Both the position numbers and the translations under genes were made by a program. The notes under the pieces are model-generated. The model was not told the DNA's origin, did no database searches, and saw only the letters and a program-made list of their open reading frames with translations. 64,000 bases of DNA, taken from Octopus bimaculoides (lineage: Eukaryota). Every line of letters begins with the position of its first letter. Position 1 is the first letter of the stretch. The stretch is taken from NCBI RefSeq assembly GCF_001194135.2, contig NC_068984.1:43631118-43695117 (forward strand), in the 5' to 3' direction. This document shows positions 54,071 to 64,000 of this stretch, in pieces.

Positions 54071-54754
54071 AAAAATGCGCATGAGTCTTAAAACGTGTAG
54101 TAATTTTAAAATTTTGTAACAAATTTATTAAATTCCAAACCAGTTTCGACACTTTTTTTTTGTTTTTCAATGGCAAATAAAAAAGAAAACAAGCCAAACC
54201 AAAATACGTGACCGGGGCATCCCAAACAAAAAGTCGCATATTCAGGCAGTCATTCATCCAAAATACTAGAGATCACAGACGGACAAAAGCAAGTGACTTC
54301 ATTACCTTTGTAACCAATCAAAACTTCAGCCGTTACCATAAAACCTATATACACACAAAGCAATTTCAGCTTAAAGCAGATCAAGCTCTCCCAAGTAAAA
54401 CCAGCGTCGATGAACCCTCCTTCATGTACTATGACAGAAATTGTGAAATAAAATTTCCATTCTTTCTTTTCTATTCTTATACTCTTTTGAAAACTTCATT
54501 GTATTTCAGCGTTACTGAACTTTCAGTCATATGTGACTGTTATGAATTCATCGAACATTTGAACTTGTATTACTGTCTATCTCCGTGAAAATTATTTGTA
54601 TGAACATTTGATGCGTTATGAATGTTCCTAATTTTCCCTTTTTTATTTACTATTGGTAAACAAAAGCCAAAAATGTCGAAATCGGTTTGGTAATTTAATA
54701 AATCTGTTACAAAGGTTAAAAACTACAATACGTTTTAAAATTCAGGTTCATTTT
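54071..54754. mobile_element. MITE-like element with about 115-bp imperfect terminal inverted repeats
   Basis: 54071..54186 vs reverse complement of 54638..54754 (ttaaaacgt, tttgtaaca.atttattaaatt, ccaaacc..tttcgaca, caat.g.aaataaaaa); about 450-bp non-coding interior. Confidence 0.75.
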
Positions 54755-54780
54755 CAAACAGACCAGCTTTCCTATTCGTA

Positions 54781-54781
<1 letters not shown>

Positions 54782-54864
<83 letters not shown>

Positions 54865-55209
54865 TATGTGTGTGTGTATATTTATATCTTTGTCTTTTTA
54901 CATGTTTAAGTCATTAGACTGTGGCCATGTTGGGGCACTGCCTTGAAAGATTTAGTCGAACAAATCGACCCCAGTATTTACTTTTAAGGCCTTGTGCTTA
55001 TTCTGTCGGAGTCTTTTTACCCAATTACTAAGTTAATTGGGCATAGACAAACCAACACCGATTACCAAGTATAGGTGAGGCCAAACACGAACCCAGAGGC
55101 ATACACACATAAACATTAATACGTACAAACATGCATAATATACACATACATATATATGTGCATATATATATATATATGTGTGTGTATATATATGTATATA
55201 TATATTTGC

Positions 55210-55244
<35 letters not shown>

Positions 55245-55549
55245 CATACATACACACACATATATATGTATATACATGTGTATACATATATATGTGTAAG
55301 TATATACATATGTATGTACGTATGTATATGAATGCATGCATGTATGCATGGAGGGGTCTATGTGTATCAGGTTGTAAGTATTTATAAGTATGTGTGAATG
55401 TTTATACATACATATGAAAACGTATGCGCACAAAAAATAAACTTTTGTGAGACATTAATGCAACTTGAATATTAATGCCATTTGAAAATTCTACTAAGGC
55501 GTGAAATAAGAATCACCATTAATTTTCTCCACATACAGAGCAGGTATTA

Positions 55550-55646
<97 letters not shown>

Positions 55647-55667
55647 ACACACACATATATATATATA
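54782..55667. repeat. (CA)n, (TA)/(TATG) and (CA)n microsatellites interleaved with a SINE
   Basis: Seen directly. Other pure tracts occur at about 2622, 16976, 21893, 47850, 48130, 49541, 60567, 61565, 62920 and 63912. Confidence 0.95.
54888..55070 (-). mobile_element. SINE family B 3' half
   Basis: gtcattagactgtggccatgttggggcactgcc...tagtcgaacaaatcgaccccag...cttattctgtcgg...acaaaccaacaccgattaccaag is the reverse complement of 41730..41900. Confidence 0.75.
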
Positions 55668-58124
55668 TTAAAAAAGATATTACCTGGAGAAGTCATAACC
55701 TCTTACTATAATATTCATATTCGCATGTTAGTTTTATAATATGAAGTTTATGCTTTCTTATTCATTTACGTTCCACACTCCCGAGCAGTTTCTTTTTCAT
55801 TAAATTTTCTGGTTTTTATTATAATTATATAGAGTAAAGTCCTCATGGTTATTTCTATCGACATCTTGCCTACTGAAGGAAGTAATTATTTGTCACCTTT
55901 TAAAAAGAAGATGGATTATTCAACCTATGAATTAAAAAATTATGGCTGCAGGATATTGAAATGGAGGCCGACAAAAATTAACCATTTCCTTTACCACTAT
56001 GCATATTGGAATCATGAAGGTCATCATCTTTAAAAAAAAAAACAGAAGTATTCACTGGTGTAAAGTCTATATTGTTAGATTTTTCATCAGAAGCAAATAT
56101 TTACAAAGAACGAAATCAATAAGAAATCCTCTACGTTGTCACAAGACCTGCTACAAATAGCAACCAAAGCCAGAATGCTTTTCGTCATTCAAAGACTTCG
56201 TGCTACAGAAGAACATAGTACATACAAACGGTTACGTCTTAATATGCTGATGGTTTAGCAAGGAGTTTACTTGAATGTAAGCTGCTGCCATGTAAAGAGT
56301 ATAATCCAATTTTATACTTCCGTGTTTTTAAATGAATCGTAGAAGTACTGAAGGAAACATCTCCCAGCTGTGTGACGTTGGATGCCCGATAAAACAAAGT
56401 GTAAAATAATCTGTTTGAACTCCCCTAAAGCAGTTATCTGAGTTGCTTATTTACCAAAGCTTCGTCGTGTTATCGAACTTAGTTTCACATTTTTGACTAC
56501 ATAGTTTTGCTTGCACTCACAATCTAATATTTTTAGCGTCTGCAATTTGTCTTTATCCCACAAGAAAGAGATTATATTTCTTTGAGATATTTCTGCATCA
56601 AGTTCGTTCCATTTTCTTTCCTCCAACTAATTTCAACATTTTATTTTCTCAGGTTTTAATTGTTATGGAAAAGGTTGTATTTTTTTATGCAGATATTTTA
56701 AAAATAATCTGATGTCTTTGTTTTCGTCTTCATGTATATGAATTCCTAATTAATGGCCTTCACTATGAATAAGATTATGAATTATCTAATTATATAACCT
56801 ATTTTATACTAAAAAATCAATAAAGAATGTTTAATTAAAGGAATAGAAACGAGTATTATTTTATTCTATTTAGATATGAAGGACACCTGTTTAATTGTAT
56901 AAAATACTACATCAATATTGATTTCTTTTGACTAGGCTAAAGACCTTACAATTTTGTTTTATATCCATAACTATCAGAACAGAAAAGAAGTAAGCTTAGA
57001 AAACGCAAACATCTAAAAAATTATATTCAGCTATATGTAAATTATATTCGTATCGATAGTGAAATTAATTGGGTAAAAATCTAAACACATTTATCTGACA
57101 TTATATGAATATAACAGGAAGAAGAAAATCCAGAAAACAAATTTAAATTCAAATATCCACGAGAAGAATGTCAAGCTTCTTTTGTACGTCTTGAGCAAAA
57201 TACTTAAGGATATTTTCTATGCAGCCGTTGTGGTACAACACTAATTGCTATAATCGCATCGTAATTCCATTAGTAAGATCACGAGAAGTATACGGATGCA
57301 ATCTCGATAGGATATTTTTAGCGCTAGTATCAAGCAAATATATGAATGTTGCATTAATAAGTTCAATTTGGTATTTTAGTATCTTACGTATTTTGGAGTT
57401 TTCGTTAACTTTGCGATAAGAAGTTGTTAGAATGAATAAGATGGATGTACAATGCATAGAGAACTGTCAAATGTAATCGTGATAACCATGATAACAAGGA
57501 CTGTATGCTATTACGAATCCTAATGTAATTCATTTTCGGCTGTATATGAGCCTCTCTAGTGACATATGCAAGTGACCAAAAATTAATAGTTAATCCTTCA
57601 GCATAAAGTTCTGGTTATATTGTCATACATGTTACCAACACATCGCATTAATTTCGAACGATGTTAGACTACAGGTAGGTGGAAATGTTACTAGCTTCTC
57701 AAAGCTTGAAATGAGCCAAAACATTGTATTAAAAGTCAGTCTTTATGTTGCGACATGAGAAACTGGATGATGGTACATCAATAAAACGTATTGCAGATTT
57801 CTTTTTCAATCAAGTTAACAAACATTTTTCAAGTTTCAATCATAGTAGAGCGCGCGCGCGTGTATGTGTGTGTGTTCGGTATATATTAATGAATATATGT
57901 ACAGTTTGTATATATTAATGCTGATATATACTTTGTTTTTGTAATGTTATATATATATGTATATATAGTTGAAAGTTATAGAAATTTATACATGCATGTA
58001 AGTACATATGTGTATGTATGTATTTATCTCTCTCTCTTTCTATCTGCCTACCCATATGTGTGTGTGTGTGTGTGTATCAATTTCTGCACGCATGTACGCA
58101 TTCTTCCAACCTATTTCAAAACAT

Positions 58125-58275
58125 TACCCCTGAACAGAACGCCGATCCATTGCAATGTTCCCTGTTTACAGCGGAGTGGACTGAAGCATGAAGAAATGAA
58201 GTATTTTGCTCAAGAACACAACCCACTGGGAATCAAAACCATGAAAATATGTGCAATACCCTAGCCATGATGCCA
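58125..58275 (-). mobile_element. SINE family E copy
   Basis: gaacgccgatccattgca...gagtggactgaagcatgaagaaatgaagtattttgctcaagaacacaac. Confidence 0.7.
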
Positions 58276-58559
58276 TACACCATCACAGTATAAATAAATA
58301 GTTCTAGAGAATAATAATACAAGCACTAAAATAACTATACGTATTTTATGTATATACTTTCACTGGGTGTACATCCATGTTACTAGCAGAAATGAATAAT
58401 ATTTAATCATATATCTAAGCACTCCTGCCTTCGCACGAGAACGTTCATTTCCAAAACAGCGAGTATCTACCGATAACAGAAGAAACGTAACGGACAATAT
58501 TCAATCGGTCTTTCGATGTGAAGAAACTGGACACTCGAAAATACTCAACTTTAGAATAA

Positions 58560-59087
58560 AATTTGGCTATTAAATCCATTTAGGAGCTATGATAATATTT
58601 ATAATAGGAATTTTATGGGAAAATTTAGCGTTGTAGGGACAGGAGCAAACGCCGATGATAGTGCAGAAGCCAGTTATTTCATTGTATTGAAAAGTATTAT
58701 TGAAGCTTATAGGCATACTGATGAACTAAAGTATTTATTTTGGAAAAGAATACTTAAAAAATATTTTTCTTGCCATATAAAGAAACAATACTACTTGTAG
58801 TTACGATTGTCTTAACAGAAACCATTCAATTTTGATTATATCTGGGAACGAGTAAAATGGCCGACGATAATGTTAGAGAAATGCATGTCTAACACGTAGA
58901 ACTCAATGCCGAAGACCATTTAAATACATGGCAGCAAAGTGCTCAGGATGAGGATGATCGCCAAGGCGGAAGAAATGAATGTAAAATACAAGCAAAAGAA
59001 TTCTCAATTAAGTACTCGATGCTATTTTTAGAACTGTTAGAAGTTGGAAAGCACATGACAACTGATGCAGATCTAAATGGTGTGAGA
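58560..59087 (+). mobile_element. pogo/Tigger transposase remnant (middle and acidic C-terminal parts, large internal deletion)
   Basis: FSVVGTGANADDSAEASY...LKSIIEAY...LFWKR resembles Tigger VKVSGEAASAD..AA..F...L..II.E.GY...LFWKRMP; further on, HVELNAEDHL...KEFSIK...DADLNGVR resembles the Tigger C-terminus. Confidence 0.7.
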
Positions 59088-60566
59088 GACAGATAGAAAG
59101 ACAGACAGGTAGATAGATAGATAGACAGATAGATAGAGAGAAAGAGATAGAGAGAGAGACAGAGACAAAGACAGAGACAGAGTACTGGAAGAGAGGGAAA
59201 GAGAGTTATGCAAGTCAGAAGACAAGTTGAAAATGCACTCAACTGCTATAGGGTCATGTACAAAGAGAACAAATAAAATCGAAACTAGCAACCTTTTTAC
59301 ATTTTAAAAAAGCCCAAAACAATAAAAACAACTTTTTTTTTTTGAATTCGCTGATTCAAGTCAATAAAGTTGTAAAAGATAAAATTGCATCCGATTAATA
59401 TATTTTCCGTTTTTTTTTTGTGTATCGATTTTCATACGGTTTTTCCGTAAAGTGTTTTGAAAAATTAAAAATTTTGCTTTTTCAAAGTCAATCGACTATT
59501 TTAAATGTATTTATATATTCGAATACTGTGCTGTTCTTGCGATATGCATTACCCGGAATAATGGGAGCTTTCCGGTATACAAAAATAACTATGNNNNNNN
59601 NNNNNNNNNNNNNNNNNNNNNNNNNNNNNNNNNNNNNNNNNNNNNNNNNNNNNNNNNNNNNNNNNNNNNNNNNNNNNNNNNNNNNNNNNNNNNNNNNNNN
59701 NNNNNNNNNNNNNNNNNNNNNNNNNNNNNNNNNNNNNNNNNNNNNNNNNNNNNNNNNNNNNNNNNNNNNNNNNNNNNNNNNNNNNNNNNNNNNNNNNNNN
59801 NNNNNNNNNNNNNNNNNNNNNNNNNNNNNNNNNNNNNNNNNNNNNNNNNNNNNNNNNNNNNNNNNNNNNNNNNNNNNNNNNNNNNNNNNNNNNNNNNNNN
59901 NNNNNNNNNNNNNNNNNNNNNNNNNNNNNNNNNNNNNNNNNNNNNNNNNNNNNNNNNNNNNNNNNNNNNNNNNNNNNNNNNNNNNNNNNNNNNNNNNNNN
60001 NNNNNNNNNNNNNNNNNNNNNNNNNNNNNNNNNNNNNNNNNNNNNNNNNNNNNNNNNNNNNNNNNNNNNNNNNNNNNNNNNNNNNNNNNNNNNNNNNNNN
60101 NNNNNNNNNNNNNNNNNNNNNNNNNNNNNNNNNNNNNNNNNNNNNNNNNNNNNNNNNNNNNNNNNNNNNNNNNNNNNNNNNNNNNNNNNNNNNNNNNNNN
60201 NNNNNNNNNNNNNNNNNNNNNNNNNNNNNNNNNNNNNNNNNNNNNNNNNNNNNNNNNNNNNNNNNNNNNNNNNNNNNNNNNNNNNNNNNNNNNNNNNNNN
60301 NNNNNNNNNNNNNNNNNNNNNNNNNNNNNNNNNNNNNNNNNNNNNNNNNNNNNNNNNNNNNNNNNNNNNNNNNNNNNNNNNNNNNNNNNNNNNNNNNNNN
60401 NNNNNNNNNNNNNNNNNNNNNNNNNNNNNNNNNNNNNNNNNNNNNNNNNNNNNNNNNNNNNNNNNNNNNNNNNNNNNNNNNNNNNNNNNNNNNNNNNNNN
60501 NNNNNNNNNNNNNNNNNNNNNNNNNNNNNNNNNNNNNNNNNNNNNNNNNNNNNNNNNNNNNNNNNN

Positions 60567-60640
<74 letters not shown>

Positions 60641-61049
60641 GAGATCTGTAATTTCGATTCAAAGATTTTCCGTATGGATTTCTTTACAGAAATGAAGGAA
60701 AAAAAGTATTAATAAAATATATTTGAACAAAATTGACTTGAACTGATACCAGTAAGCTGTCCTTTTTATAATTCAAATCAGTATATTCTTACTAGAAAAG
60801 TTATAACACTCCCTTGATTAAACTTTAATTTAGGTTAATTTAAACATTTCAGAAATTGCTACATAAAAGATATCTATTGGTAGTTTTTAGATGTAATAGG
60901 TATATTATTCTCCATTAAGCAGAGTCAAAGTGAATGTTTTGCCTAACTGCGAATCCTTAAATTTATCGACTTCTCTATCACACCATTTCGTTAGCTTAAA
61001 ATGTACACACTACATACACATATACATATGTATATGTATTGAGAAGACA

Positions 61050-61160
61050 CATGGTCTAAAGGTTAAGATTTCAAGCTCATTATCATAAGGTCGTTGGTTT
61101 ATTTCCTGGACTGGGCGACGCATGGAGTTCTTAAGCAAAGCACTTCATTCCCCACTTCTT
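61050..61160 (+). mobile_element. SINE family E head (tRNA-like plus CORE-like)
   Basis: atggtctaaaggttaagatt...ggtcgttggtttatttcctggactggg...gagttcttaagcaaagcacttcatt. Confidence 0.55.
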
Positions 61161-61648
61161 TTACCTCCTCTATCTAAGTTAATATCTTCCGAGTACGGCT
61201 GTAAGACCCACCCTTACAAAAGCTGTCCTATTCTCGATTTCTCATAGGGTCTCAAATGGTAGTTATACCTGATAGCGACACCTAATAGATTAGTGTGTAC
61301 ATGCTTTACATCAGTCATACTCGATTACGAGTGATGTGAAGTGGGTATTAGATATGACTATATCGATGATCTGGGCCTGAGTGTTCTGATGGCAATGCCA
61401 GTTACAACACCGGTGTTAAGTATATTATTGCTCTTCGTCTTTGATTTCTCATGAATGTGAAGAGAGGAGACATGCTTTTATGGATAACTATTGATCCCGT
61501 TTAGAAAAAGAACAAAAATAACTGACACAATCCTGATTTTAAATGACACACGGAAATTTGAAGATGTATGTATATATATATATATATATATATACACATG
61601 CACACATACATACATACGTATATATACATTGCACACACACGCACGCAT

Positions 61649-61727
<79 letters not shown>

Positions 61728-62976
61728 ATTCGTACATCACACTGATCTGATTATTCCGACGAAATTTATTGCTGTTATATATATAGACAATCAATTTTGA
61801 AACCAAATCCAATTATTATCACAGTGCAACATTATTATATTTTCATGTGACCAAGCAATATTCGATTATTAACCGAATGAACTTTTATTGACTATGATAC
61901 TTCTATTTTCGGCAAATATTTTGATATGCTGTAAATTCATCACTTATTATTACTATGAAAGATTGCATTGTTAGATTAGCTTGATAGAATAGAATAGCGA
62001 TCACACCATAGTGTTACAAGGTATCTGATGATCCAACTGGGGAACCTGTACGTGGTTCTTTAACTTACCACATATAGCCGCCAAATAATCCTTAAATCAC
62101 ATACTTCTTTTCTTAAATAAGGAAAAGACGCATTAGTATTATAAACTGAGGGATGTCTACTCGAGTGCCTTTGATCCCATGTCTTCCTGGAAATTTTTTT
62201 GATCTGGCGCAAAACAATATCAATTGATATGTAGACACAGGTTTAATCCTGACCAAGCTAAATCTATATTCAAAGGTATTCGAGTCATAATTATCTCTTT
62301 TCAAGAGAAAGCAGAGCAACACTATCTAATGCAGTGCTTCTCAATTTTCTTTTCCTATAGGTCCCTTTGCTTCCTATTTCATTCGGATGGATTCCTATAG
62401 CCATTCAACATTCCTATTATGTTTTTTATAATTAAATATTAAGAATTATTTCAAATCATCATCAAAATATTTAGTGTATTGTAGAAGTATAATCGATCTA
62501 TTGCACCTAATTGTTAACATTGGCCACTAATTCCAGAATTATTAGTTTTCACTGATTATCTTCTTGAGATTAATCAGTGAGCTGATTCATACCTCGAATT
62601 GCATTTTATATGACATTACGAGGCATTCAGAAAGCAATGATTTTATTTGTCTATTTATTTAAGCAAGATTGTCCCAAATAGTTAACCCGACAATCTCATC
62701 ACCAAAATGATTCATAATCTCCAAGTTCGTATCATGATCGCTGTTGTTTATATTCTAGATAATATTTACCCAGGTTATATATTCTTTTACTTGCTCCAGT
62801 CACTGGGATACGCATCGAAGGAAGTTTTGTCTATCATGTCGATTCTAGTACTTTTTTATGAGTGTAGTACTTGCTAATGCCGTATTTCAAGTAGTGCTAA
62901 CATAGAGGCAGTCATGTAGGCGCGCGCAAACGCACACGCTCACAAATACACACACACACGCACACGCACACGCACG

Positions 62977-63044
<68 letters not shown>

Positions 63045-63440
63045 TCAAAATAATAAATTGAACAATTAAATAATTCAATCATTAAATGATAAATTAAATT
63101 CAATTTTATGTTATACAGATAAATGACACATCAAGTAAATTACACCTATTTCTACACCATTAATAAAAACAGTTTTTCAAGAATAATAAAATGCCGTTTC
63201 ATCAGACTGACATATCTTCTTAAAAATCTTACTAGAAATAGCAATTTATATTTATATACTGATAAACTGTATGTTTATTTTATTCATTTATTTACCTATT
63301 TGTTATGAGCGTTAGTTCATAACATTGTTATTGATATAGGTAAAACACCCATTAAATTCTTTGGATATTTAATATTCCTTAGGTAGTTATTTAACACCTA
63401 ACTAAATTTACGCACACACACACACACATAATATATAGAC

Positions 63441-63887
63441 AACCTCCCCACAGCAAGCGAGGGAATCAAATTGGCATGCCAATTTCGTATGAAAATAATG
63501 GTCATCGGTTATGCTACTCCATTGCTGTTAGCGAAGCTTAATTCCACTTGCCCGTATTTAAAGAATTTACCATAGGAATCAATGGCTGGTTCAGCAAAAT
63601 GATAATGTGAAAATTATAAAATAATTAACGTAACCAGACGCAATTTAAACCGAACAATAAAAAAATCACCGTCACTAAAAGCGACTAAGAGTGCAGGGAA
63701 GCACCAGCATTGTTAGAAACAAGAGCCAAAGACTCTATATTCTCGAACAGAGCACATGTTCTATGTACTGATAACGGAGAAAACCTCCACACAGCAAACG
63801 AAGGCATCAGATTGAAGCACCAATTTTGCATGAAAATAACGCTCATCGATGAAACTACTCCATTTCTGGTGGTGAAACTGAATTTCA
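63441..63887 (+). repeat. Diverged about 106-bp direct repeat pair, period 341 bp
   Basis: 63441..63546 vs 63782..63887: gap-free alignment, 25 substitutions over 105 nt by manual count. Confidence 0.85.
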
Positions 63888-63926
63888 AATTTCGTCTAGC
63901 AACCTAAATTAGTATATATATATATA

Positions 63927-64000
<74 letters not shown>

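Noticed and set aside
63685-63907. Overlapping ORFs across the direct repeat
   Set aside because: Substitutions between the repeat copies show no third-position bias

Overview
AT-rich animal genomic DNA, dense in microsatellites and SINEs, with 11 N-gaps. The repeat families and (CA)n/(TA)n/(GA)n density look like an Octopus (cephalopod) draft assembly; this is an inference. Only one protein-coding exon is supported: the first coding exon of a Shaw/Kv3 (KCNC) voltage-gated K+ channel on the minus strand. The exon is 7417..6693 and the CDS 7202..6693 (170 aa, T1/BTB domain with the HX5CX20CC Zn motif), with a canonical acceptor and donor. The S1-S6 exons lie beyond coordinate 1, and the non-coding first exon(s) lie somewhere upstream at higher coordinates. 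The rest is intron or upstream DNA with several tRNA-derived SINE families, two Tc1 remnants, pogo/Tigger remnants, a long-TIR MITE-like element and a Penelope-like short element. Best leads: (1) a minimal type-I hammerhead ribozyme motif with an intact core at 2347..2382; (2) a 54-bp AP-1/CRE/DR1/bZIP motif cluster at 24519..24572; (3) three uORFs and a possible alternative acceptor in the Kv3 5'UTR; (4) many fold-back structures (60-nt near-perfect hairpin, 300-bp palindrome, inverted SINE pairs) that could form dsRNA in a lineage known for extensive A-to-I editing. All alignments were done by eye and no database was searched.
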